A model generated the notes under the pieces. It was not told the origin of the DNA. It was given only the letters and a program-made list of their open reading frames with translations, and searched no databases. From Saccostrea echinata (Eukaryota): a DNA stretch of 64,000 nucleotides. Every line of letters begins with the position of its first letter. Positions within the stretch are counted from its first letter, which is position 1. The stretch spans positions 62,000,001-62,064,000 of the forward strand of contig NW_026889803.1 of NCBI RefSeq assembly GCF_033153115.1. Reading direction: 5' to 3'. Positions 50,201 to 63,624 of the stretch are shown here, piece after piece. A program made the position numbers and the translations under genes.

Positions 50201-53200
50201 CCACGTCTATCGGTCACACCTGCCGTGACCCCTGTGTATTGATCAGGTGCCTAGGAGGAGTAAGCATTCCACGTCTATCGGTCACACCTGCCGTGAGCCC
50301 TGTGTATTGATCAGGTGCCTAGGAGGAGTAAGCATTCCACGTCTATCGGTCACACTTGCCGTGATCCCTGTGTATTGATCAGGTGCCTAGGAGGAGTAAG
50401 CATTCCATGTTTATCGGTCACACCTGCCGTGAGCCCTGTGTATTGATCAGGTGCCTAGGAGGAGTAAGGATTCCGCGTCTATCGGTCACACCTGCCGTGA
50501 GCCCTGTGTATTGATCAGGTGCCTAGGAGGAGTAAGCATTCCACGTCTATCGGTCACACCTGCCGTGATCCCTGTGTATTGTTCAGGTGCCTAGGAGGAG
50601 TAAGCATTCCATGTCTATCGGTCACACCTGCCGTGATCCCTGTGTATTGATCAGGTGCCTTGGAGGAGTAAGCATTCCATGTCTATCGGTCACACCTGCC
50701 GTGATCCCTGTGTATTGATCAGGTGCCTAGGAGGAGTAAGCATTCCATGTCTATCGGTCACACCTGCCGTGATCCCTGTGTATTGATCAGGTGCCTAGGA
50801 GGAGTAAGCATTCCACGTCTATCGGTCACACCTGCCGTGAGCCCTGTGTATTGATCAGGTGCCTAGGAGGAGTAAGCATTCCACGTCTATCGGTCACACC
50901 TGCCGTGAGCCCTGTGTATTGATCAGGTGCCTTGGAGGAGTAAGCATTCCACGTCTATCGGTCACACCTGCCGTGATCCCTGTGTATTGATCAGGTGCCT
51001 AGGAGGAGTAAGCATTCCATGTCTATCGGTCACACCTGCCGTGATCCCTGTGTATTGATCAGGTGCCTAGGAGGAGTAAGCATTCCATGTCTATCGGACA
51101 CACCTGCCGTGAGCCCTGTGTATTGATCAGGTGCCTAGGAGGAGTAAGCATTCCACGTCTATCGGTCACACCTGCCGTGAGCCCTGTGTATTGATCAGGT
51201 GCCTAGGAGGAGTAAGCATTCCACGTCTATCGGTCACACCTGCCGTGAGCCCTGTGTATTGATCAGGTGTCCAGAAGGAGTAAGCATTCCACGTCTATCG
51301 GTCACACCTGCCGTGAGCCCTGTGTATTGATCAAGTGCCCAAGGGGAGTAAGCATTCCACGTCTATCGGTCACACCTGCCGTGAGCCCTGTGAATTGATC
51401 AGGTGCCTAGGAGGAGTAAGCATTCCATGTCTATCGGTCACACCTGCCGTGAGCCCTGTGTATTGATCAGGTGCCTAGGAGGAGTAAGCATTCCACGTCT
51501 ATCGGTCACACCTGCCGTGAGCCCTGTGTATTGATCAGGTGCCCAGAAGGAGTAAGCATTCCACGTCTATCGGTCACACCTGCAGTGAGCCCTGTGTATT
51601 GATCAGGTGCCTAGGAGGAGTAAGCATTCCACGTCTATCGGTCACACCTGCCGTGAGCCCTGTGTATTGATCAGGTGCCCAGGAGGAGTAAGCATTCCAC
51701 GTCTATCGGTCACACCTGCCGTGAGCCCTGTGTATTGATCAGGTGCCTAGGAGGAGTAAGCATTCCACGTCTATCGGTCACACCTGCCGTGAGCCCTGTG
51801 TATTGATCAGGTGCCCAGTAGGAGTAAGCATTCCACGTCTATCGGTGACACCTGCCGTGAGCTCTATGTATTGATCAGGAATACCGAGTACACCGTAGTC
51901 AAATTTAGTTCGATCTTCTCCTCAAACAATGTGATGTCCTCACTTGTTGTATAATTAGAGTCAGGTATGCAAAATTTACAACATGATAACTTGTAAATTT
52001 TGCAATTACCTTGACTTAATATATTCAAAATTTACAGTATAATATAGGCTCCAGTTCCAAGATTTTCTGAGGTACCCTTATGCGAGATTAGTTTAGATTT
52101 TGAAGCTGGGAAAAGGTTATTCAAAAAGAAAAGATGAAATTTTCATCCGTCTGTGTTCCTTTTCGGTACCAAGGTTCAATATAGCTTTTGATATACTTTT
52201 TTGTAAATTTGTTCTTTTAGCAACCTTCACGTATCGAAATTTGAGGCTATATTTATTTTTTTGCTCTATCAATCTTCAGGTAGCATCATTGCTAAACTTC
52301 ACCTTTAGAGAGTTGAATATGAAATTGATAAAATTTGTCAAAAGAAAGTAGAGTGTAGCCATTGCTCAGAAACAATTATGGCGCAATTCATTAGGCTCGG
52401 GAATTTTTACTAATTATTTAATTGCAACGTTTTTATGAATGAAAAAATCACATTCTTTTTGATAAATGTCCTATTTGTTCATGGCATGAATTTCATACCT
52501 AGATCTTTACCCCTTCACAAAAATTCTAGTAGAGTACAACAATACCCCAGTTCCATTCTAAATTGGATGTAGTTGGCAAGTTTTCACCTGTCAGAGAGTA
52601 TTTTCAAACAGGAAATCCATTCAGTTTTGTGTTGTATTCAGCGATATTTTACACCCACTTTTGTGTATCTTTGATCAAGCCGAAAACGATCACTAGATTT
52701 TATTTTGCAACTGTTTCTTCTTTTAGAGTTGGCGACATTGTAAACAAAATGAAAAGAAATAAAAACCCAATCAATTTCTCATTGTTTGAAGCTAAAGCGA
52801 ATGGCGAAAGTTTTATTTAACAGTTTAAATATATACATATATCTGTAATTAAGCTAATGCGCTATCGATAACCTGTAAACACAAGTCATGCACATTTAGA
52901 TCGGGAGCAGATAGATATATAAGATAATACAATATCCATGTAGGTCGTATAACTTGAATACAAGTATTCAAACTTAACAAAGTCGGTGAACGTTTAATAC
53001 ACTGTTTGGGTCGTCTGTTTGTCTCACAAGGACAATAAGAGGGTCCCGCCTCGGATTGAATGTCCCCCATATCATTTGATCGCCGCTAGGCAGACTATGA
53101 AAATACATAGTCATGGCACCTTTGCAACGTGACGCCCCAAATCTCCACCCGAAGCCGTACTCTGGTGTAAAAAAAAAAATCACTTGTTAATAAAGAACGA

Positions 53201-56200
53201 TTAATAATCGTAATGGACCATCGCCCTTCTCGATCAAATAACGTAATGGATATATGATATCTTCTACATATATTGTTTGTAAACTTCAATCAATGTTTCA
53301 ACAAGCCTAGTTGCTAGAGAAAACTGTTACAGTAGCTTTTTCACTTCAAAGATTATCCTCGGGTTACATCTTTTCCTATGTAAAGGGTGTATATTAATAT
53401 TTTTTTGAGCTAATAGATCGAGTTAGTAATCGAAATTTAACTCTGGTATCCGATTCATGACCTTGAAATCAAGTACAGTACAAAAGCACTACCCTGTTAT
53501 CACATCCTGCAAGCTCAAGACATAAATTGTATTTTACATCTGAGGATAAGTCAATCATGTACACGACCCAGAATGTCTATCACTGATTTCTTTATTTTTC
53601 GAAACTTTCTATAGACTGATGTTAAAAAGCTCGGACAACTTTAAGTTTTGAAATTCCTCTGAGTTATTTTTTGATGAAGAAAAACGACTCAGAAATTTAA
53701 TGAGCGAAAATCCATATTCGTTTTTTTTTTTTTTTTTTTTTTTTTTTAAGTAATTTGATGGATTTAAATAAATTAATTAAATAACCTAAGAATTTCTTAT
53801 TTCGAAACCTTTTCCTCACAGTTTGGTTTTACTTTTCTATTTACTTGATGTAATTGCTTCTGATCAAACAAACAAACAAAACAACAACAACAACAACAAT
53901 TAAACCAACCAACCAACAAACAAAACAAAACAAAAGTTAAATGAAACTACACAAATTCATTCACAAAAATTATAACAATTTAACCGAGTAGTTCAGAATT
54001 TATACTTTAAGAATATTAGAGCAAAACAAAATTTTTGGGAAACGTTATTTAAATTTTAGCATTCGACAACGGAAGTTTTGATATATGTACACTTATATTA
54101 ATTTATGTACGAAGTAAATGCTTCTCCTGTGTTTAATCCTCCACTGATATCTCCTAAGAATTAGTACTCACAATTAATCGCATGTCACAATGTCCTTATC
54201 CAACTAGAGTTCATAATTTTATTCAAAGTAACCACAAGGCAAGACTTTCTTGTGTTAGGAAGAAAATGCATAGATGCCTATAGTTTTTTGCTTTGTTTTT
54301 GTTCCCCGTGGATTAGCTGCTTCAAGCGCACTGTGTATATCCTGCCTATTGTATAGTGAAGGTGTTTTAGGAACCCGGTTCAGAATTCTACTTTGGTAAT
54401 GAACTTGTGCTTCAATATCTTGTACATGTACATAAACTTTCCTAGTTATCTTTTATCTAAACTCAAATCGTTCTAAATTTAGTCTGCATTTTTTCGGATT
54501 GTTTTTATCAGGTAGGTTAAGTTAATCAGTAAAAAAAAAAAAAGATCGAGTTTGAATAGCTTTTATTTCACAAATAAAATGTTTACAATAGTTCTTCAAT
54601 ACGAGTAATATCGAGACACTGGTCTTCAGTTTGAACTGTTCAGTTATTCATTTAATAAATGTAAGATTTCTCACAATTCCAAGTAGGCACTTAATTAAAA
54701 CGTGGAAGAAATTGTGTATCCCAGGGAACAAATAAAAGTACTCCTCTCCTTTTCTCTTACCGGAAACACTATTATCAACAATAAAATAGATATGGAAGAT
54801 TTTCTGTCTGTATTTCAGTAATTGTATACAAGTAGAAAACTGAGGAAATCAATAGGATTAGCGATTAAGTTCTTAATATTTATCTATCCAGTGCTAAGCG
54901 GTTATTGCGTGTCAGCGTTTTAATTTTGATAAGGCAAAGAGAACGTGAGTAAATTTCACAAACTTTTATACATCAGTGTTAATGACCGTAAATCCTGTGG
55001 ATTACGATCAGCAATGCAGAAAAAGTATACAAAATCTACATCCTTAGATAATATATGACATTGTAATTATGCTTCCCTCTATCGACATTTGCAACCACAC
55101 CTCAGATTAAAACGCTTCCGTGGCAACCTATCAAAAATGGAACTCGAAAATTTTTGTATCTTGTGATTGGTCATCAACAAAATTAATTTGTTAAAAATCA
55201 CTCTGATTCTACACAAAAGTACTCTAAGTTGATATTAAAAGGATGCTGGAGGTCCTTATTGACAACATTCATGTAGTCTTCGGAGACCAGGTCTTCCAAC
55301 AAGCTGTTGGAATTTCGATGAGCACTGATTGTGCTCCTTTATTAGCCGACCTGTTTTTATATTCCTATGAAGCAGAATTTATTCGAAAACTTCTACATGA
55401 GAAAAAGAATACACTTTCTGTGGCCTTCCACTCGACATTCAGATATACATGTATCGACGACGTTTTATCAATTAATAATAGTTATTTCCATTCTATGTCG
55501 ACTCGGTATATCCCAGTGAACATGAAATAAAAGATACACAGAGTCTGCTACATCTGTTTCATAATTGGATGTTTTACTGACTATAGACGATAGGGACCAA
55601 CTAACAACTTAATTGTATTACAAGCGAGATGACTTCAGCTTTTCCATCGTTAACTCTCCTGATTTATGTAGTAATATTCCGCTATCGCCTGTATATGGTG
55701 ATTATGACTCCCAACTTATTCGATAACTCAAGAGCATGCTCTGTGTACAATCAAATTTTAAACCGAGGCAAGCTACTGACAGATAAGTTGATGTTACAGG
55801 GATTTTAACTTCCTCGTTTAAAGTAAGTATTTCGTAAATTCTATTGTCTTATAATGACCTTTTAACAAATAAACCTATCACTGGGTCGTATTTTGGCTGT
55901 TTCAAACCAATTGTTAGTCCTTTGTTTTAATATTGAATTTACTACGGAATGTTCCGTCTACCTGATCAATACATAGGGCTAACGGAGGGTGTGACCGGTC
56001 AACAGGGGATGCTTACTCCTCCTAGGCACCTGATCCATCCTCTGGAATTCCCAGGGGTTCGTGTTTAATGCCCTGTTTACAGATTTGTATTGTTTGTAGA
56101 TTTTTTTTTTTAGATCGATCACTGGTCGTTGTCTTCACCTTTTTCATTTGTATTTAATTTTATGACATTGGAAATATTCGACTCTGCTCATAATTTGTAT

Positions 56201-59200
56201 TGTTTAAATGGACTATTAAGACTGATCACTGATCGTAATCTTCACATTTCAGGTGTGCACATGATTGAAGTGTTTTATATTATCAATTCATTATCATTAT
56301 CATTGATTTGGTTTCTGCTAAGAATTTAAGGAGCGATCTGGAAATACTTTTTTTTTTAAAGAATAGTACTGCCGTTTTTGATCCCTAATTTCCTCCCCTA
56401 GGATAAATGGAAATTCTCAAACCTTAATGCAAAACTACAGGGGAAACCAGATTTTCATTAAAAAAAACCCCGTAGATATTCGACCCTTAATTCTAAAAGA
56501 TGAATTATGTATGAGACATCTGAGGAAGGAGATTTTATTGACAAACCTTTTTTTCTACCCCCAATTGGCCCCCAGGGTGAAAATGATTTTTTTTTAAAAT
56601 CATAATGCACATCCTCTGGGCTCTACCTATCATATTCCAAAAGATGAAGGCTACTGCTAAAAATGTAAGAGGAATTTGAGGAAATTCTAAGATAGTGTAA
56701 CAGACTGACGGACCAGGATAACAACAATAAATCCCAACTAACTTTAGAAAGTTCAGGCATTGAAAAAAAAAAAAAAACTTAAGACTTTTTAAATTTCTGC
56801 TCCCTATTGGCCTCTCATATGAAAATAAAAATTCCGAAAGCAAACCTTTTTGCACATCTACAAGTGGAGTTCTAGAAAACGTGTTTTTGTAGAAAAACGT
56901 ATTGTTTTAACCCGTTGATGAAAAAATAAAATTATAAAACTTTTTTGCATATCTACAGGACACCATCAATCATACTTTAGAAGCTGAATTAGCTCCTACT
57001 ATTTTATTTCAATATACCAATTTATCATCTATAATTTGATAACAATGTAGGCATTTATAATTTCAGCATCATATTTTTTTTTCTCTTTTAAGTTAATGAA
57101 GCACCCTGAATACAGTATAACGTCAGTTTTCAGTTGATTTTTTTTTACTTGTTAGTCAAACAAGCACCCTGTTTATACAATTCAACCACTTATTTAATCG
57201 GTTTTATTTTTGCTAGAAAGTAAAAGAAGTACCCTGTATATAAAATATAAGCGCTTATTAAATCGGTTGATTTTAGTTTTATTGTAAATAAACTAAGTAC
57301 CCTGTATATAGATTATAACTACTTGTTAATAAATCTGTTGATGGTTAATTGGTGACGTCATTTCAGGAGCCACGGAGTGGACGTCGGCGGCCGGTGGATA
57401 GCAAGGATAGCTGGCTACAATTTATCCGGAGAGGATCACGACCCGCGAAGCAGACCGCCAAAAAACGAAAAAACAAGCGCCTACAAAGATTGGTACGAAT
57501 TTTATCTTGTTACATTGTTAATCGAAGTGTACATTGTAGATCAAAACAAAAAAAGCAGCAGCAGCTCCAAGAGTTCTCATTCATACGCAGTCGTAGAGCC
57601 AAATATAAATTGGTCACTCTTACATGTGCAATACTCTTAATTTTGAAATATAGTCAGGTTACATTCGTATTTCTCACTATGACATTAATGCACATTTTAT
57701 ATAAATCAAATACCTGCCTCCTTATTGCATTATTTGTTTGCGAGTAGAAAATTACCATGACCCCAAATAGATTTTCATACTTGGAGAGAAAAAAAAAAAA
57801 CAACATAAAAAAATGCTAATCAGTCAAATGACCATTATTTCACATATCTTTTTTAACAATAAGCCCATTAAAAAAACTTTAATTAAACTCAAGTGATTGT
57901 ATGGTTAGCCATAAGACAGAAGGCTTGAGTTGATTAATTAATCTAATACAGTAAAGGATCAGATCTAAACCGGTGATCTCCCACTCTTACTATACATATA
58001 TATAAAAGGTATTCGTCCAAAAAGTTCTGCTATGAAGTTCTTTTAACTTAGTCGACATATATTATAAAACATTATGAATTTTTTAAAGTCCATTATACAG
58101 CGTATGTTTATGCAGTTATCTGGCACACTTATTTAGGGATGTCCCACAGGACCTGCAGGCCCACAGGGCCCACCCGGACCCCCTGGGCCAAAAGGAGCAA
58201 AGGTCACAATACAGGAACTGATGACGGAATTCCTGGATATCGTTAAAGGTTTGATTGGCTTACATGAAAATAAAGTGATTTTAAAGGAAAGATATAATTT
58301 TGATTTTAAATACAAGTTTGTATAACTTGAATATCATTATTGAAATTCAATAAGTGTGAGTAGTTATAAGACATTACATCTTTTTCTTTAAATCGTTGAT
58401 TGTTGAATAATCGTTAAAGACTTGTTACAGAGGCTGCAGAAAGACAAGCAGAGATCATTATTTCAGAGAAGGTAAGTTGAAATTCCCTGCAGAAACTTTC
58501 TCCCTTTTTAAATTGTAAGCATTAAAACCGACTGAATATCAACATCGATGTGTATAATTATGGTGCTCTTTAATTAAACAACTGAAATTAAGACAAGCTC
58601 TCTACTTTGTGTTTGTAAGTGTGGGATGTGCTCTTCGGCCATGAACAATAGCAGCGCGGAAGTAACCATGCTTATAAATGACGTCATGGCTGTGCCTAGA
58701 ATTACATCTGGATTTCATCTTCGTCTAAAAAAGAATGTCATCCTAGATAGCAAAACATTCATGGAACTTGATTCTTTTCATCAAGTAAGCGAATCTCTGT
58801 CATCAAATGAATACAACAGACAAAGCATTTCCTTCCACTGTTTCATGCTGTATATAATGATATTGTAATGCTTTTCAGCCTTTTGCCGCCGGATCTTTTC
58901 AGAGGGGAAATGCTTTTAACATCAGAAATGGCCGTTTTACGGCCCCCAAAGCAGGGATATACCAGTTTTCCGTAAATTTACATATGCGCGTGAAGAGGAA
59001 TGGCCGGAGATCCAAACTTAAGAGGAAAGACGCCATAAAGACTCAGATTTGCATCAATTCATTATGTAATAAATATGTGTAAGTATTCAAAACAATCATC
59101 AATCTGTGTAACATCTAATCGAAACGAAATCAATTTATTGTCAAACTGAAGGCAATCCACATCTTTGTTTGCAATACATCACATCATGTTTAAGCACTGC

Positions 59201-61594
59201 TTACAGTAATAGAACAAACAGAAGACTCGTCTATATAAACATAGTATTAGATTGTACTAAGTAAGATTCAGATTGGGCCTTAAAATGAGTAAATATCTAT
59301 ACTTCATAACGTAATGCTTAGATTCGAAAATCACCATTTTTTAATGTAATTTTTTTTCAACTTTGAAAACAATATTAAGAACACCTGCTACCAACAAAAA
59401 AATGGATGCTGGGGTTGATGTATATTTTTCGATTTATTTTGGTTGAAAATGAAGCAAATATCAAAATTTAACATTATAAGATACATGCATTGTAAATTTT
59501 CTGTATTGTTCCAAATTTTTCACTTTGAGTAAAAGATGGTTTTATTGTGCCCCATTTTAACCAATGATCGATGACTTTCGAGTAAATTGTTTTGGAAGTC
59601 CCGATGCCATGCGCGCGACGACTTCAAACTGCACCAAAAACAATGTCAAGGAATCGCAAATACTCGTTGGACTTAAAGCAAACTAAAAAAAAAATTAAAA
59701 GAAATAGAGGATAAAAATCATGATCTTCATCAGTTTACCCTTAAATTTACAGGTACGTGGTTATGGCGTCTAAAACGTTGCATTATTATACTTTTTTGTT
59801 ATTCCTATTCAATTTTTTTAATTCTTATTATAAAATATATTATTCCTATTCTATAAAATGTGATTCCCATTCGATAAGTTGTTATTCTTATGCGGAAAAA
59901 ATGTGATTTCTATTCGATAATGTATCATTCCTATACGATAATTTGTTATTCCTATTAAAGTTTATTGCATATAAATCATATACTTATCGAATATACTTAT
60001 CGAATAAGAATGACAACATTATCGGATAGGAATGACAAAATTGTCGAATAGGGGATCACATGTTTTCGAATATGAATGACATAAACACGTTTTTGAATAT
60101 GAATGATATATTTTGGAATAGGAATCATATCTCTTCCAATAGGAATAACAATTTTTGAAATAGAAATGACAAATTATCAAATAGGAATAACATTTTATCG
60201 AATAGGAATATGTTTTAGAATAAGAACAATGAATTCTTCGAATAAGAATAAAAAATATATATATATATATATAATTATGTAACGTTTTACACGCCATACC
60301 TCGGAATTTCATAATCTAGTTAAAATAGCCATACAAATTTCAGCAATTGGTAATGATTTTGGCTTTGAAATGAATTTTTCTGTACATAAAATGACTGTTT
60401 TGGTATTATAAATCCCGTTCAAATCTTGCTAATATGGGAAAGATTTCATAAATATATTCATTTGTAATACTTTTTGAAATATAAATATTTGTATGTGTAC
60501 GTATGGAACAACAGCTAGCAGACAGATCGAGGAACTCTGTTTGCAACCTTATGCATAGATACAAGATGGTGAATGGGATGACTTCCGGTTAGTTTCATCA
60601 ATTGTTTGTGCAAAATTAAAGTACACAGAATGATTTCAGTTTGAATGATCTTTTATTTTATATATACAACTATGTATTTTAAAAGTATTTACGCCATACA
60701 CGAACGTTTGATATGATCGGATTGGCGTTGGCTTTAGCCAAAGTGTGGAATAAACTGATATGAAACACCTTTTCACCTTTCCTATGTAGGAGTCCAGCAA
60801 ATATTGTCACCGCTTGACGCATCATCATTTTTAAATATATATATTGTGCGATTTAAATTTCAGAGGTTTAAAAAATATAAAGCATCATCGAGACTTTGGC
60901 AGTTTTTTACATGACTTTCGCAGTATTTTCTAATCTCGTGACAAAATCTGAAGAAAATCAAGATCAGTTAACAATCTCCATTCTCATCCAATGTGATGAT
61001 GACTCTGTCACTTTATTTTTATGAGTACAAGTGAATATTAACATGGGCACAACTAAGCACACACGATCGCCGCAAAAACAGTGAGAGAGAGAGGTGCCGA
61101 GAACTCGAATACAAAAGAATGGCAAACAAGAGAGTAATTGTTCCTTTCATTTAGTTTGTTCAGCCACTGACCTGATGATCAACACTTGAAAATTAAAAAG
61201 GAAAGTAAATATTTCCTCGCTACTCCTTTTGTGTACCGTGTATACACTCGATGTGGGTAACAAAACCTATAATTATCGGTGGTAAACAGTATGCCCCCGA
61301 CTAGTTTCCAATCATTTAACGAAATAATAACAATTCATGCGAAAGGAAGTGCAACGAGTGCTAAAAAATTAAAGGCATATTGGCCAATGGGAACATATAC
61401 TGATACATGTGCTGAGGAAAAGACATAATATTCTCAATTAATAGAATATCTAAAATAGATTTCAAGGGGAATATTCTAAATGTATTATAAAAAACTCCTT
61501 TTTAGTTGCTGGTAAAGGTTTAAGAACTAAAAATCAGTTACGATTGTTAACAATATGAGGTAGACTTTCAGTTTGTTTAGGCAAATCCTTTCCA

Positions 61595-61626
<32 letters not shown>

Positions 61627-62407
61627 ATAACCATTAAGTCATTATCATTATTACATGCATCAGAACGAAGTGTCTATAGTATCGAAAAATATCTTGAATG
61701 GCTTACAAAATATCGATATACTAGTCAACATTCTGAATAATTTTCGATAAAGTACACTATATAGTCACATAAAAGTATTTCAGTTATCAACGATAATATA
61801 GACTACAAATAGAATTTAATATTTTCTAATATTGAGTATTGTACACAGCAAATACCGGTAAATGCTTTATAAATATGTCTTTTACAGATCCCTAAGTCAT
61901 GTGATTGGAATGGAAAGTAATAGTAAAATTTTCACGGTCAGCTTTTCAGGATTTGTGCAATTAGAGGTAATTTATTATACTCGGTACCATAGGAACACAA
62001 AACAGCAGTGTTATAAATAGGTACTATTAAAGCAAGAGAGAATAATTGTATATGAAATTTAGTATACAATTATTTAATGTCTGATCAGTCAATAGATCAA
62101 ATATTTTCCCAAGGTGCTGTGAACAGGTCAATGTGTTCTATTGCCCGAGGCCAACGGCCTATAATGTGAAAAAATTCAACTTTAAATTGAAAATTAATAA
62201 ACGGCAATAGAAAGATAGTTAAGATAATTACAAAAAAATCTTTTGTTTTTTCACTTTAATTTAATTATCATTAAACAATATTTGATTATAAATTAAAGCA
62301 TATATAAGTCCTTTCAATTGTACAAGGTAAAAGTCATACAAGTTATTTAGTTACAAAACATTTATATTTTTAAATTATTATTATTTTACACAGATCACCA
62401 TATACAG

Positions 62408-62491
<84 letters not shown>

Positions 62492-62697
62492 TGATCTGTG
62501 TAAAATATATATATATAATGTATGTATTTATGTATGTATGTAAACTATGTATGTATATATATATTTATATATATATATATAACCAACTCTCTTTGCAGCA
62601 ATCACAGTATGTTTCTGTGTACGTTGATAATGCGTCAAAAATGAGTGTTGTTGTGTTGAAAAATTCGGATTTTACTGGGATAATGATGGGAACATGA
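47117..62697 (+). CDS. Erythroferrone/adipolin-like (FAM132, CTRP12/CTRP15 family) secreted collagen-C1q/TNF protein, 319 aa, 8 exons
   Basis: Exons 47117-47254, 57367-57492, 58137-58248, 58431-58471, 58620-58784, 58879-59078, 61888-61966, 62599-62697 sum to 960 nt. Features: hydrophobic signal peptide, DSKDSWLQFIRR, basic cluster, short Gly-X-Y collagen, then GSFQRG..GRFTAP..GIYQF, ICINSLC, IGMESNSKIFTVSFSG, QYVSVYVDNAS. Confidence 0.88.
48585..49100 (-). mobile_element. 5'-truncated Penelope-like fragment
   Basis: Same conserved tail and RT C-terminal remnant. Confidence 0.75.
50173..51879 (-). repeat. 25 x 68-bp satellite inside a Penelope-like 3' end (element ~50070-51905)
   Basis: gatcaggtgcctaggaggagtaagcattccacgtctatcggtcacacctgccgtgagccctgtgtatt; first and last gatc are 1700 bp apart. 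Confidence 0.95.
55130..56150 (+). mobile_element. Penelope-like retroelement remnant (RT pseudogene plus 3' tail)
   Basis: FQQAVGISMSTDCAPLLADLFLYSYE...FRY(TC)IDDVLSINN RT motifs with frameshifts and stops; no C-terminal GIY-YIG seen. Confidence 0.85.
57095..57342. repeat. Four degenerate ~65-bp tandem repeats just before FAM132-like exon 2
   Basis: aagYaccctg at 57099, 57162, 57227, 57295. Confidence 0.7.
57367..57492 (+). CDS. FAM132-like exon 2
   Basis: D..DSWLQF motif followed by basic cluster. Confidence 0.85.
58137..58248 (+). CDS. FAM132-like exon 3 (collagen)
   Basis: GPAGPQGPPGPPGPKGA, then ELMTEF. Confidence 0.9.
58431..58471 (+). CDS. FAM132-like exon 4
   Basis: ttacag/gtaagt, phase 1-0. 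Confidence 0.8.
58620..58784 (+). CDS. FAM132-like exon 5
   Basis: PRITSGFHLRL start of C1q/TNF domain. Confidence 0.85.
58879..59078 (+). CDS. FAM132-like exon 6
   Basis: GRFTAPKAGIYQFS C1q motif; ICINSLC. Confidence 0.9.
59759..60300. mobile_element. Foldback MITE with inverted ~21-bp internal repeats
   Basis: TIR tatggcgtStaaaacgttRcat; attcctattcga units mirrored by tcgaataggaat. Confidence 0.75.
61596..61623. repeat. (GA)n microsatellite
   Basis: Direct reading. Confidence 0.95.
61888..61966 (+). CDS. FAM132-like exon 7
   Basis: SLSHVIGMESNSKIFTVSFSG. Confidence 0.88.
62412..62580. repeat. (TA)n / TATG microsatellite
   Basis: Direct reading. Confidence 0.95.
62599..62697 (+). CDS. 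FAM132-like terminal exon
   Basis: QYVSVYVDNAS...SDFTGIMMGT*. Confidence 0.88.
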   Translation, partial: QSQYVSVYVDNASKMSVVVLKNSDFTGIMMGT

Positions 62698-63624
62698 GTA
62701 CGCCCTACGCAAGTTATAAAACGTGTCAATCTTCAAAAGTATGTGTGCGTGCGTCAATGTGACAGTTATCCCGTCATATCGTGGGCATCCCCAGCCCTCA
62801 ATAGCGTCATGTTACACCTACTCGACAAGAAAAAAAAACTCCTTTAAAATTCTGAGATTTACTTGTTGTTTTTTTTCATACCATTTAATTTATTGTATGT
62901 ATTGTTTGAATTTTAATGTATGTGTACTTGCTCACAATGATATTTTTTATTGTAATTATAATTTGTTACCAGTTTTTGTTTCTTAAAAAATAAAGTTGTT
63001 TATAAAAAAGGCATGGTGTGAGGTCTTTAAACTTTGGATCTTCATTCATATATTTAGCAATTCATTATGTTTTCAACTGATTCTAAAACGTCTCTTGAAA
63101 GATGGGCAAATAAAGTGAGAAAATTGACTTTGGTTTGATAAAGAAGTGAATAATTTTTCTCCAATCAAGAAAGGACATAAAAACTTCAATTCACTTTCTG
63201 ATACCCTGGATCTTTGTCACGTGATAATGCCGATGATATATATCACAAAAAAATGTGAAGCGCAGAAAAAAGTTCATCATGTCATTTGCAACTGTATTGT
63301 ATTCAAAACAAATTTCACTTCTTAAACTTTTTACATTAGGCACTAATTAATATCCGGAAACTTAATACGTTTTGGTTTTTTTTTATGTCTTTCGCACACC
63401 CATGTTGTGGAGTAGTCTATCAATTAGGAATTGAAGCAATAAAAAAAAACGTACATGTATTATTTTCCCGTGTGCACATTCTAACACAACCGAAAATAAA
63501 TCGGCCTCTCCTGCAGTCTCTAATGAACTTTTCTTTAATTCATGTATATCAGTTATCATCATTTGAAAATCATTACAATATGACATTAGGCTTTTTAGGA
63601 TAAAATCATTCATCTAGAAAGCAC

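Noticed and set aside
50173-51879. CRISPR-like regular array
   Set aside because: No unique spacers, the whole unit repeats, the context is eukaryotic and there are no cas genes. The same applies to the other minisatellites.
55920-56150. SECIS element in the PLE tail (some Naiad-type PLEs encode selenoproteins)
   Set aside because: I could not identify an AUGA/AA/GA kink-turn stem by eye, and the copy is decayed; a SECISearch run on a consensus is needed.
58133-58315. Minus-strand ORF with GPGGPGGP
   Set aside because: Antisense of the plus-strand collagen exon, which has proper splice sites.
61151-61180. CUGAUGA...GAAA hammerhead-like string
   Set aside because: No closing stem II pair before GAAA and no stems I or III.
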